Below, in pieces: positions 37,840 through 47,702 of a stretch of DNA of 64,000 nucleotides (position 1 is its first letter; every line of letters starts with the position of its first letter). The DNA lies in assembly GCA_017857855.1 (NCBI GenBank), contig JAFMCI010000002.1:20727-84726 (forward strand), in the 5' to 3' direction. The notes below the pieces were generated by a model. It ran no database searches. It was not told where the DNA came from and saw only the letters and a program-made list of their open reading frames with translations. The DNA is from Bacteroidia bacterium. Lineage in GTDB: Bacteria; Bacteroidota; Bacteroidia; NS11-12g; UBA9320. Made by a program: the position numbers and the translations under genes.

Positions 37840-38511
37840 CTAATTCAGAAAAACATCTTTAACAACAGCCAGAACACCTAACATTATAAAGACCACACCT
37901 ACTATGGACGTTAGCTTATCCCCCATGATTTGGAGTAATTTATCTTTGTATTTACTAGCTAAAGTAATATAAATCAGTAACACTAAAAAAGCGCCAACCA
38001 CTGCCCCTAATGCAAAGGCCAGTCTAGAGGAGTAAAAATAGGTGCCCGTAAAATCCAGACTAATTAATCCGTCCGTGAGATCTGTAACCATTCCCGTTTG
38101 AATAAGTAAAAGCCAAGTTAGCCAATAAAATATCAACTGAGGATTTGCAAGCGCTAATAAAAATCCTTTATATAAATAATTATGCCCTCCTAGCTCCATG
38201 CTCAGCTCCTTTTTAGTTACTGGCTTATTTTTTATAAACACATAACGAATGCCGATAAGAATAAAAATAAAACCAACAGCTACTGTAATAATTGATTTAT
38301 AACCTTGCAACACATCCGCGTAGCTAACACCCCAAATGGCAATGAGGACGTACGGTATCTCTGGCAAAACACCCCCAAAGGCTAACCATAATGCAGCTTT
38401 CCTATTTTTTGTAAGTGCTGTCTCTATAACCGCTGCGTTTACCAAACCCAGCATAAGCGAACCATATGCGCTAAGCAATGCAGCTAATAAAAAGGCGATA
38501 AGTACATTCAA
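37840..38511 (-). CDS. LysE/RhtB-like membrane translocator
   Basis: About 6 TM helices. Resemblance to the LysE family is by eye only. TTG start. Confidence 0.45.
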   Translation of the reverse strand: MNVLIAFLLAALLSAYGSLMLGLVNAAVIETALTKNRKAALWLAFGGVLPEIPYVLIAIWGVSYADVLQGYKSIITVAVGFIFILIGIRYVFIKNKPVTKKELSMELGGHNYLYKGFLLALANPQLIFYWLTWLLLIQTGMVTDLTDGLISLDFTGTYFYSSRLAFALGAVVGAFLVLLIYITLASKYKDKLLQIMGDKLTSIVGVVFIMLGVLAVVKDVFLN

Positions 38512-38592
38512 GGTTCCAAAAGTTGTTTAAAAAAACTTGTTGTGCAAATGCGACTTAGATGTTTTGTAGTTTTAAACTTGCAGCTGAATATT

Positions 38593-38973
38593 ATGAGTAA
38601 TTTAACAATAGAAGGTAAACTGGTTCAAATACTTCCTTTACAAGAAGGTAATAGCACGCGTGGCGCATGGAAAAAACAAGATTTTATCTTGGAAACTACA
38701 GAACAATATCCTAAAAAAGTATGTATAAGCTGTTGGGGCGAAAAAGTAGATGAGCTTCAAAAATTCCAGCCTAACGAGACATTATCTATAGCCATAAACG
38801 TAGAAAGTAGAGAATATAACTCTAAGTGGTACACCGATATAAAGGCTTGGAAAATGGACAGGGCTGGCAATAATAGCGCCGCTCCTACTAATAATACACC
38901 TACACAAAATGCATCAGACGACATAGTGGGTATGAGTTTTAGCAATGATGACGAAGGTGACTTGCCATTCTAA
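38593..38973 (+). CDS. DUF3127 domain protein with a disordered linker and acidic C-terminal tip
   Basis: The ATG at 38593 gives 'MSNLTIEGKLVQILPLQEGNSTRGAWKKQDFILETTEQYPKKVCISCWGEK...', which matches the DUF3127 pattern as I recall it. The tail ends in 'NDDEGDLPF'. Confidence 0.65.
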   Translation: MSNLTIEGKLVQILPLQEGNSTRGAWKKQDFILETTEQYPKKVCISCWGEKVDELQKFQPNETLSIAINVESREYNSKWYTDIKAWKMDRAGNNSAAPTNNTPTQNASDDIVGMSFSNDDEGDLPF

Positions 38974-39122
38974 TCATTTTCTATTTAATAAATACCATTA
39001 TTCCTTAAAATCACCTTTTGCCGTTCAGGTCTTGATGATGTTTAAGATAAGATCTTGTAACTTTAAGAGCTTAGGATAATATCCATAAGAGGTTTTTCAT
39101 TTATTCCTTTATTTTTACTCCT

Positions 39123-39626
39123 ATCAAAAAAATACTCCTTATATCAGACACGCACGGCTACATGGGTACTGAAATACTCGAAAAAGCAACAATTCATGAC
39201 GAAGTATGGCACGCTGGAGATTGGGGAGATATGGAACAGACAAGTGACAAACTTTGCTCCATAACTAAAGTCAGAGGGGTATTTGGAAATATAGATGGAC
39301 GCTCAATTCGAAAAACATATCCTGAAGAATTATTTTTTGAACTTGAAGGATTAAAAGTATACATGACCCATATTGGCGGTTATCCCGGCAGATATAAAGA
39401 GGGAATTAAGGCTAAGCTAAAGTCCTTTAAACCTGACTTATACATATGTGGACATTCCCATATTTGTAAGGTTATGAGAGACAAATTATTAGATTTGATT
39501 CACTTCAACCCGGGAGCTATGGGTAACAAAGGATTTCATACCAAAAGAACCATGATTAGTTTTGCCATTGATAATGGCAAACTAATTGATATTAACCTAT
39601 TAGAATATGATCGAAACAAAGAATAA
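39123..39626 (+). CDS. Metallophosphoesterase (YfcE/MJ0936-like); 5' end non-canonical or damaged
   Basis: 'GDWGD', 'GNID', 'YMTHIGG' and 'ICGHSH' motifs lie downstream. The first motif, 'ISDTHG', is encoded in frame at 39141-39158, before the first ATG (39162). The only start-like codons upstream are ATC (39123) and ATT (39099, 39111). Confidence 0.6.
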   Translation: MKKILLISDTHGYMGTEILEKATIHDEVWHAGDWGDMEQTSDKLCSITKVRGVFGNIDGRSIRKTYPEELFFELEGLKVYMTHIGGYPGRYKEGIKAKLKSFKPDLYICGHSHICKVMRDKLLDLIHFNPGAMGNKGFHTKRTMISFAIDNGKLIDINLLEYDRNKE

Positions 39627-41535
39627 AGTCTGGCTTTTCTGTGTTTTAACCTTGCTATTTGTTTCGTGTGCATCGACCCAAACTGCACAAGGGCAGACCG
39701 ATATCCCCAAGAAAGCAATAGAACTTTTCAATAAAGGGCTTGCGCAACAATCCTACGGCGAGTATGAGGAGGCTATTTCTCTCTTTAACCAAGCCTTAAA
39801 AAAAGCACCCCATTATATAGACGCTTTGGATGCTTTGGCAAACACCTATCAGCGCAAAAAAGATTTTACTTCGGCTATTTCCAATTACAAAAAAATCTTA
39901 ACACTTAAGTCTGACCATGTATTTGCATTATATGAATTAGGCGATATTTATTTTGGACTGGATAATTTAGATTCTGCCGATTTTTTTTTAAAATCCTTTC
40001 TTAAAGTTAATTCTACAGATGATAAATATGCCAATATCGCAAGAGAAGCACTAGAAAATATAGATTTTGCAAAATATGCTAAAGCACATCCCGTTAATAT
40101 TACACCGGTAAACCTTGGACCTAATGTCAATACTAAAGAGCAAGAATATTCTCCTGCTTTTGCCATAGACGAGCAGACCTTATACATTACGCGAAGAGTT
40201 GGAGACTTAAAAGATTCAAGACCCAATGAAGACATTTATTACGCAACACGAGACGGAGATAAATGGAATTCTATTCGAAATTTAGGCCCGCCTATAAATA
40301 CCATTGAAAATGAAGGTGCATTTAGTGTATCGGCCGACGGACATTACATATTTTTTACGTCATGCAGTCGCTCAGGTGGTTTAGGGCAATGCGATATTTG
40401 GATTACTATTGATAAAAATGGTGCATGGTCTGAGCCCTTAAACTTACAAAAACCGGTTAACAGCAAGTATTGGGAATCTCAACCGTCTATATCCTCTAAT
40501 GGTAAGGTGCTTTATTTTACCAGTGATAGACCAGGTGGTTTTGGTGGTACCGATATTTGGATGTCTAAATTTGGGGATAAGGGCTGGGAAGACCCGATTA
40601 ACCTTGGTAAAGAAATTAACACCTCTAAGGACGAGCAATTTCCGTTTATACACTCTGATAATACTACGCTCTACTTTAGCTCTATGGGCCATCTAGGTAT
40701 GGGTAAGAGTGACATTTTTGTAACACATCTAAGACCAGACGGCACCTTTGAAACACCAAAAAATCTTGGTTACCCCATCAATACCACTGGTTATGACTGG
40801 AATATGGTGGTGGCTCGTGACGGCAAAACCGCTTACTATAGCAGCGATAATAAACCCGACGGAAAAGGTGGACTCGATATCTATTCGTTTTTACTACCAG
40901 AGGAGCTGCAAGCACAACGCGTGAGTTATGTGCGAGGAACGGTGATTGACGCAAAGACAAAAAAACCTCTATCTACGAGCGTATCATTAACACCTTTAGA
41001 CGGCAGTGCGAGTACTTCGTCTTACACGGATGCAATTAAAGGACAGTTTATGGTGCCATTGAAGTCCGATATTCAGTATTCCTTAACCATTGATAAAAAA
41101 GAGTATTTATTTCACTCAGAATATTTTGACATGCCTAATGTACCTACTGATCAACCATTTGATTTAAAAATAGAATTGCAAAAACTAGAATTAGGTAAAA
41201 CGGTAGTGCTTAATAATATCTTTTTTGATACTGATAAATTTGAATTAAAAAACCAGAGTAAATCAGAGTTAGAAAAGCTTAAAGAATTTATGACACTTAA
41301 TTCAGATATAAGCATAGAAATCGGAGGACATACTGATAATGCGGGTAATAGTAGTCATAATCAGGTCTTATCAGAAAACAGAGCTAAATCTGTTTACCAG
41401 TATTTAACGACAAATGGAGTTGCTGGTAGTAGATTGAGTTATAAAGGCTATGGAGATACTGCGCCAATAGCCAGCAATGCCTCAGAAACGGGAAGAGCTC
41501 GTAACAGACGAACAGAATTTAAAGTGGTGAAATAG
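39607..41535 (+). CDS. OmpA-family lipoprotein with TPR and PD40 beta-propeller repeats
   Basis: Lipobox 'LFVSC', then TPRs. PD40 repeats ('YFTSDRPGGFGGTDIWMS', 'YFSSMGHLGMGKSDIFVT', 'YYSSDNKPDGKGGLDIYSF'). OmpA_C 'GGHTDNAGNSSHNQVLSENRA...NRRTEFKV'. Confidence 0.85.
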   Translation: MIETKNKVWLFCVLTLLFVSCASTQTAQGQTDIPKKAIELFNKGLAQQSYGEYEEAISLFNQALKKAPHYIDALDALANTYQRKKDFTSAISNYKKILTLKSDHVFALYELGDIYFGLDNLDSADFFLKSFLKVNSTDDKYANIAREALENIDFAKYAKAHPVNITPVNLGPNVNTKEQEYSPAFAIDEQTLYITRRVGDLKDSRPNEDIYYATRDGDKWNSIRNLGPPINTIENEGAFSVSADGHYIFFTSCSRSGGLGQCDIWITIDKNGAWSEPLNLQKPVNSKYWESQPSISSNGKVLYFTSDRPGGFGGTDIWMSKFGDKGWEDPINLGKEINTSKDEQFPFIHSDNTTLYFSSMGHLGMGKSDIFVTHLRPDGTFETPKNLGYPINTTGYDWNMVVARDGKTAYYSSDNKPDGKGGLDIYSFLLPEELQAQRVSYVRGTVIDAKTKKPLSTSVSLTPLDGSASTSSYTDAIKGQFMVPLKSDIQYSLTIDKKEYLFHSEYFDMPNVPTDQPFDLKIELQKLELGKTVVLNNIFFDTDKFELKNQSKSELEKLKEFMTLNSDISIEIGGHTDNAGNSSHNQVLSENRAKSVYQYLTTNGVAGSRLSYKGYGDTAPIASNASETGRARNRRTEFKVVK

Positions 41536-41543
41536 TTGGTTGA

Positions 41544-42122
41544 CTAAAAGCCAACTTTTTCTTTTATCCAAGCCTCAATGGTAGGAGCAAAATGAGTGTG
41601 TTCCAGGGCTTGTATTTTAGTTTTGATGGATGCTAGGGTTTCTGTCGAAGGATTTAAAATTGTACCATACTGAGCAAGCATTTTGCCTTTATCAAACTCA
41701 GCGTTTACCTCATGAATAGAGATTCCTGTTTGATGATCTTGGTTAGCTAAAACTGCTTCATGCACATGATCGCCGTACATATCTTTGCCTCCATAAAGCG
41801 GTAGGAGACTCGGATGGATATTCACTATTTTACCTTCAAAAGCCTCAGTTACCTCACTAGGAACTAGTTTTAAAAAACCTGCCAATATGATGAAGTCGAT
41901 TTTACGTTTTTTTAATTGTTCTAAAATAGTAGCTGCATTCCAATCGTCTTTACCCCAATAGTGTGCACTTACGCTGTGTTTTTGTGCTACGGCAAAAGCG
42001 CCAGCCGCTTTTCTATTGCACCCCAAGGCTGTTATTTTTATAACATCGTCGCCTTTAAAGTATTGCATTATGGCATCAGCGTTTGTCCCACCTCCAGAAG
42101 CCCAAATTTCAACCTGTATCAT
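41544..42122 (-). CDS. purN: Phosphoribosylglycinamide formyltransferase
   Basis: 192 aa with 'SGGGTNADAI', 'ILAGFLKLV' and 'NIHPSLLP'. Confidence 0.85.
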   Translation of the reverse strand: MIQVEIWASGGGTNADAIMQYFKGDDVIKITALGCNRKAAGAFAVAQKHSVSAHYWGKDDWNAATILEQLKKRKIDFIILAGFLKLVPSEVTEAFEGKIVNIHPSLLPLYGGKDMYGDHVHEAVLANQDHQTGISIHEVNAEFDKGKMLAQYGTILNPSTETLASIKTKIQALEHTHFAPTIEAWIKEKVGF

Positions 42123-43189
42123 TTAATCACTAATGAATTAATCAATACTTCTAACTCCCTAAGCTCAGCGACTTTTCGCTCGTTGGGGTAGTATAAAAAT
42201 CCTTCTGCGAAAATAAGGCGTCCTTTTTTCTCATCTAAGACTACTCTAAGGTAAGATGGTCCACCCATAAAATCACCTTTCACATCCCACCATCCGCGTA
42301 TAACCGAACTATACCTTCCCTTGTAAACCTCATCTTCTCTATATGGTTTAAAAATAGTAGAATAGCCCAGATATGATCCGTCTGAGGGACCTGGAATATA
42401 TTTTTGAGTATACTCGTTTCGTATTTTGAGTAAGCCTGCTGTGGTTAATTCTTCTTTTGACGTATAAGGCACTGAAAACAAGATTATGTTATGCGCTAGC
42501 TCTTTGCCTGAAGACACTTTACGTACCCAAGTAAAATCTTCATTATTGATCGATACTTTATAGGTTGAAGGTATTTTAATAGCGTATCCCTTCTCTACTA
42601 TAGATTGGAGATATAAACTATCCTTTTTTCCAATGCTACTTCCTACTAGTTTGCGCAAACCTGTTTTAGATTCGTGTTCTATGGCCAATGCTAGTAAATC
42701 ATCTTTTTTCTCAAGTATTTTAGCCTCCATTTCAGCCTTGTTTTTTGCCAAGACAAAGAATATACTTTGATTAGTTGCAAAGACATCTTCCTTCAACACG
42801 CCAAAAGAATTGGGGTTACTTTGGATCACGTCTACTAACTTGTCTATAAGTTTAGGATCAATTACTTTACTCAGTGCAGGAGCACCTTCTGGCGTAAGAA
42901 AAACAAAAATTTGATGATGTGTTTTAAAGTAGCCTTTGAAAAAGGTTTCGTCCGTAAAAAGCACCTTAAACATTTCCTCCCCAGGAGGTGGCTGACCTTC
43001 TAATGACTTTTTAAATACACTTTGTATAGAAGTCTTAAACCCACTGTCTGCACCTTGCGCATCTGTTATAACAACTAGCTCTGCTAGCTTGCCACTAGAA
43101 CTAGGCAACATCGCTTTTTTTTCCGTCTCTGTTAATGTACATGAGTACAAAAGCAAAGCAAGCATTGAGATTTTTATTCCAATATTCAC
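42119..43189 (-). CDS. Putative lipoprotein (DUF4837-like)
   Basis: Lipobox 'LLLYSC'. Family assignment is from memory of similar Flavobacteriia proteins. 4-nt ATGA overlap with purN. Confidence 0.45.
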   Translation of the reverse strand: MNIGIKISMLALLLYSCTLTETEKKAMLPSSSGKLAELVVITDAQGADSGFKTSIQSVFKKSLEGQPPPGEEMFKVLFTDETFFKGYFKTHHQIFVFLTPEGAPALSKVIDPKLIDKLVDVIQSNPNSFGVLKEDVFATNQSIFFVLAKNKAEMEAKILEKKDDLLALAIEHESKTGLRKLVGSSIGKKDSLYLQSIVEKGYAIKIPSTYKVSINNEDFTWVRKVSSGKELAHNIILFSVPYTSKEELTTAGLLKIRNEYTQKYIPGPSDGSYLGYSTIFKPYREDEVYKGRYSSVIRGWWDVKGDFMGGPSYLRVVLDEKKGRLIFAEGFLYYPNERKVAELRELEVLINSLVIK

Positions 43190-43195
43190 TTCTTG

Positions 43196-44485
43196 TTATT
43201 TGTATATTTTTAACCGTTGTCTAGGATAAATAGTACTTCCCTTTATACCATTCCACTTTCTGAGTTGACTAATGGTAACATGATTACGTGTAGCAATCTT
43301 TTGAAGATTATCTCCTTTCTTTACGGTATAATAGATAATACTAGGTTTACTCTCCTTCTGTACAAGAGCTAAATTCTCTTTTACTAGATCAGCAGAGTCT
43401 TGTTGCATTTTGCTAAGTTCAGTTATGTCACACTGATTTAGGTAATATAAATGAACTTTATCTTCAGGGATATATAATAGGTATCCATTTCCTTTGTAAG
43501 GTATTGACGTTGCTTTTAATTCAGGATTAAAACGAAGTAACTCTTCTGTTGATAATTCTAATTTATCAGCTATAATTTTAAAATTTAAACCTTCGTCACA
43601 ATATACTTTTTGAGTTAAAAAGTCCTTAGCATCAAAAGGAACAGGGGTAATACAATATTCTGAATGATAATTCATGATGTAAGCCATCGCAATAAACTTA
43701 GGTACATAGTTTTGTGTTTCACGAGGCAGGTAGGGATATATTCCCCAGAAATCAGTACTGCCAGATAATCTAATTGCTTTGCGCACATTACCCGGCCCAC
43801 AATTATAGGAAGCCAGAGCTACTAACCAGTCACCATATACTGCATACATTCGCTTTAGATAAGAGCATGCTGCTCGCGTGCTTTTCTCTATAGATCTTCT
43901 CTCGTCAACACTGTTATTGATTGTTAAATCGTATTCTTTTCCCGTTGCAGGCATAAACTGCCATGCTCCCACGGCTCCCGAATGAGATCTTGCGTAAGGA
44001 TTTAGACCAGACTCTATAATAGACAGGTACTTAATCTCTAAAGGCATATTGTATTCAGCAAGTATTTCTTCATAAATAGGGAAAATATACTGAGATTTAG
44101 TGACCATTATCTTTAACTTATGCTGCCATCTGGTTCCAAAAAAATCTATTTGCTTTTTAACCAATTCATTATAGTCCATTGGGATTTCGAATTGCAGCTT
44201 ACTTACGTGGTGTCTGTATAAGTTCTCATCCAAGGGTAATTCATCTGAGTCGAAGGTTACGATGCTATAAATATCTGCGGGGATCTCATCTTCATTTTCC
44301 ATTACAGGCAATTTGATAATTTGCAAAGTGTCTGCCGTATCAATTGGTTCAATGGTAACCGAGTCAATTTTACCACTTTTAGGGGGTTTTATCCCCATTT
44401 CTCCATAATTGCTCGCTTCTCGTTGCGATGCAAACAATGTAAATGGAAGTGTTACTAACAGTAGTGCTATAGTGATTAATCTCAT
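43196..44485 (-). CDS. Lytic transglycosylase (SLT domain) with LysM repeats, MltD-like
   Basis: 'ESGLNPYARSHSGAVGAWQFMPATG' is the SLT catalytic region. C-terminal LysM 'YTVKKGDNLQKIATRNHVTISQLRKWNGI'. Confidence 0.85.
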   Translation of the reverse strand: MRLITIALLLVTLPFTLFASQREASNYGEMGIKPPKSGKIDSVTIEPIDTADTLQIIKLPVMENEDEIPADIYSIVTFDSDELPLDENLYRHHVSKLQFEIPMDYNELVKKQIDFFGTRWQHKLKIMVTKSQYIFPIYEEILAEYNMPLEIKYLSIIESGLNPYARSHSGAVGAWQFMPATGKEYDLTINNSVDERRSIEKSTRAACSYLKRMYAVYGDWLVALASYNCGPGNVRKAIRLSGSTDFWGIYPYLPRETQNYVPKFIAMAYIMNYHSEYCITPVPFDAKDFLTQKVYCDEGLNFKIIADKLELSTEELLRFNPELKATSIPYKGNGYLLYIPEDKVHLYYLNQCDITELSKMQQDSADLVKENLALVQKESKPSIIYYTVKKGDNLQKIATRNHVTISQLRKWNGIKGSTIYPRQRLKIYK

Positions 44486-44597
44486 TGCTTACAAAGTAAA
44501 AAGGTTTTGAACTAAAATAACTCCTTGTTTACTAACATATTGCGAAAGTGTTCAATAATATATAATTATGCGGTATATTGCATCTGAATTTTAATGC

Positions 44598-45824
44598 ATG
44601 AGTACCGTGTCAAACCCTTCATTTGGAGATCTAGCAAGGGAAGCTAGTTTACAACCTCAAGAAAAACTTTTTGCAAAACAAAAAGGTAATAAGTCTCTAT
44701 CTATAGGCATTCCCAAAGAAACAACATTTCAAGAACATAGAGTTCCTCTTTCTCCAATGGCTGTTCAGTTACTTTGCAAACAGGGACATTCTGTTAAAAT
44801 AGAATCTGGTTGTGGCGACAAAGCAAATTTTACAGACCTAGACTACAGCAGCATGGGTGCTGAATTAATGCACGACAAAAAAGAAATTTATGACTGTGAT
44901 ATTATTATTAAAATAGCTCCTCCCACTGAAGATGAGATTGACCTTATGAAACCCGGTCAAATTTTAATAAGTGCGATACAATTGGTGCGCGCAAAAGAGG
45001 TTACATTCAAAAAAATGCTTGCAAAAGGAATTACGGCTATAGGTTTTGAGTTTTTGCGCGATGACGATGGTTCATTACCCGTTATTAGAAGTATGAGTGA
45101 GATTGCGGGAAGAGCATCTGTACTTATTGCTGCAGAATATTTGAGCAACTACAATTCAGGAAAAGGTGAACTTTTCGGAGGTATACCAGGAATTCAACCT
45201 ACACAGATTGTTATAATAGGTGCAGGAGCTGTAGGAGAATATGCCATAAAAGCAGCCATTGGTCTGGGTGCATCTGTAAAGGTTTTTGATAACAGTACCG
45301 AGAAGCTTCGCCGACTTGAAAAAAGTTTGGGTACACGAGTTCATTCGTCTACTTTAATACCTCAAATACTAGCTAAAGCGCTTGCCGATTGTGATGTAGC
45401 AATCGGTGCATTGCGCAGTCCACTTGGCCTAAGTCCATGTGTAGTAACCGAAGAAATGGTCTCCAATATGAGACCTAAATCAATAATTGTAGACGTTAGT
45501 ATAGATCAAGGAGGATGTTTTGAAACATCTGAGACTACCAATCATAAAATGCCGGTATTCGAAAAGCATGGTGTGGTGCATTACTGCGTGCCTAATATAC
45601 CTTCTAGATTTTCACGTACGTCTAGCTATGCCTTGAGTAACATCTTCACACCTCTTCTTTTACGTATATCTGACGAGGGAAATATACAAGAATGTCTTCT
45701 TAACCATGAAGGTCTGAGAAACGGAACCTATATATATAACGGGAAACTTACTAATTCCATCATAGCCGAAAAATTCAATCTCCCCAAAAGAGAGATTGAA
45801 TTTTTAATCGCAGGCCTGAGATAA
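44598..45824 (+). CDS. Alanine dehydrogenase / PNT-family NAD(H)-binding dehydrogenase
   Basis: 'IGIPKETTFQEHRVPLSP' N-terminus, Rossmann 'VIIGAGAVGEYA' and 'DVSIDQGGCFETS'. Confidence 0.65.
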   Translation: MSTVSNPSFGDLAREASLQPQEKLFAKQKGNKSLSIGIPKETTFQEHRVPLSPMAVQLLCKQGHSVKIESGCGDKANFTDLDYSSMGAELMHDKKEIYDCDIIIKIAPPTEDEIDLMKPGQILISAIQLVRAKEVTFKKMLAKGITAIGFEFLRDDDGSLPVIRSMSEIAGRASVLIAAEYLSNYNSGKGELFGGIPGIQPTQIVIIGAGAVGEYAIKAAIGLGASVKVFDNSTEKLRRLEKSLGTRVHSSTLIPQILAKALADCDVAIGALRSPLGLSPCVVTEEMVSNMRPKSIIVDVSIDQGGCFETSETTNHKMPVFEKHGVVHYCVPNIPSRFSRTSSYALSNIFTPLLLRISDEGNIQECLLNHEGLRNGTYIYNGKLTNSIIAEKFNLPKREIEFLIAGLR

Positions 45825-45844
45825 ATTCTAGCCCCAAAATTTTA

Positions 45845-47653
45845 TTACTTTTTCTTGTTTTTATTTGGTTTACCTGACTTAGGATCGATGCCTCTTTTCT
45901 TGGCCATGTCTTCTAATCTTTTCTGTAAACCTGATTTTTTAGTTACGATCTTTTTCTTTTTATTTTCTTGTATTTGTTTGTGAAGTTTGTCTTCATCAAT
46001 TACAAACTTGCGAATAATAAAATTAAGTAAAATAGTAATACAGGTTGACAAGAAGTAGTAAAAACTTAGTGCTGCCGCATAGTTATTGAAGAACCCAAGG
46101 AACATAATGGGCATAATGTACATCATGGTTTTCATAGGGCCTACCATTTGCGCCGAGCTTTGACTATTTATGTAGGTATAAATAATGGTTACTGCTGTCA
46201 TTAACAAGGTAAACAAACTAACGTGATCCCCATAAAATGGAATTTCAAATCCATTTGGAAAATCATAAATACTGTCATAACTACTTAAATCTTCAGCCCA
46301 CAGAAAGCTTTTTTGACGTAGCTCAATGCTAGAAGGAAAAAATCTAAACATCGCAAAAAGTATGGGCATTTGAACCAGTTGTGGCAAGCAACCTCCCAAA
46401 GGACTAACCCCTGCTTGTTTGTAAAGTTTCATTTGCTCTTGTTGAGCTTTAGCCATATCATCACCCGTTCTGGTCTTAATTTCATCTAACTCGGGTTTTA
46501 ACAGCTTCATTTTAGCCGTTGACTTGTACACCTTAAACATTGGGAAGAATAATGCCAATTTAATGATGAAGGTAAGAAGGATTATAATGAGTCCGTAATT
46601 TGTAAAATATTGGTTAAGCCAATTAAAAATAGGAATGACCAATCCTTTGTTTACCCAACCAAAAATACCCCACCCAAGAGGTATCATTTTCTGAAGGCCA
46701 ACTCCTTCTTCTTTAAGAGTAGGATAATGATTAGGACCATAGTATAGGTCCATATCTTCCAACACACTGTTTTGTTCAAGCGGGATAAAAAATTGAGCCT
46801 TTACATCTTTTACATAAGCTGCTGTCTCATTCTCAGGTGTTTTAACCTCTATTTGTGTTCCTTGCTCAGAAAACTGAGTATTACTAATTAGTGATTGATT
46901 AAAGAACTTTTGCTTGAAAGCCACCCATTTTACGTTGGCTTGAAGTTTCTCTTCGTCATCGCTGGTTTCACTGAGGTAATCGACATCTTCATCTTGCGCA
47001 TAGCTGTAGTAAACCGTACTTACCGCACGTTCATCTTTTACCGTTTTTTCTTGCCCTTGTAATTCACTAGACCAATCAAGGATTGCATATCTATTGTTTG
47101 GGGAGATAATATCTTTTATACCCTCAAAATTGACTTTATAATCAACCTTATACGAATTGGGTGACAGTGTATACGTTTGTATGATTCTGGCATTATTTAG
47201 AAGATTAGCAGTCATTACCACTTGGCTATCTCCTATTATTTGCGCTTCAAAGCTAGTATTAAGTGTATTGATGCTTGTACCATTCGCTAATGGTATAGTG
47301 TAACCTAGTTTGGTTTGTCCATTATCAAATAATACCAAGGCAGATGAATCATATCTCTGGTATTTCGCTAACGTTACTTTTTTAGGTATACCACCTATGT
47401 TACTAAAATCAATCTCCAAAAGATCATTACGCAAGGTGGTGATCATTTCTGTTAGATTAGAGTCTAATGCTAACGTCTGGCTATCGCTGTAAGAAATTTG
47501 AGCATTATCCGCTGTGGCTGACTTAGTTTCAACGGTATCTTCCGTATTCACTTTTTGATTGGTAAGTTCTTCTTGATTTTGTTTACTAAAAAAGTAAAAC
47601 CCAATGAACAAAAAAAAGATTAAAACGTAACCAATGACAGAATTTTTTTCCAT
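45845..47653 (-). CDS. yidC: Membrane protein insertase YidC
   Basis: N-terminal TM, large periplasmic domain, core 'SPLGGCLPQLVQMPILFAMF', Lys-rich C-tail. Confidence 0.9.
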   Translation of the reverse strand: MEKNSVIGYVLIFFLFIGFYFFSKQNQEELTNQKVNTEDTVETKSATADNAQISYSDSQTLALDSNLTEMITTLRNDLLEIDFSNIGGIPKKVTLAKYQRYDSSALVLFDNGQTKLGYTIPLANGTSINTLNTSFEAQIIGDSQVVMTANLLNNARIIQTYTLSPNSYKVDYKVNFEGIKDIISPNNRYAILDWSSELQGQEKTVKDERAVSTVYYSYAQDEDVDYLSETSDDEEKLQANVKWVAFKQKFFNQSLISNTQFSEQGTQIEVKTPENETAAYVKDVKAQFFIPLEQNSVLEDMDLYYGPNHYPTLKEEGVGLQKMIPLGWGIFGWVNKGLVIPIFNWLNQYFTNYGLIIILLTFIIKLALFFPMFKVYKSTAKMKLLKPELDEIKTRTGDDMAKAQQEQMKLYKQAGVSPLGGCLPQLVQMPILFAMFRFFPSSIELRQKSFLWAEDLSSYDSIYDFPNGFEIPFYGDHVSLFTLLMTAVTIIYTYINSQSSAQMVGPMKTMMYIMPIMFLGFFNNYAAALSFYYFLSTCITILLNFIIRKFVIDEDKLHKQIQENKKKKIVTKKSGLQKRLEDMAKKRGIDPKSGKPNKNKKK

Positions 47654-47702
47654 GAAAATTTATAAGGTGCAAATGTAAAAGTATTCACTAAAAACAGAAG
47701 GA

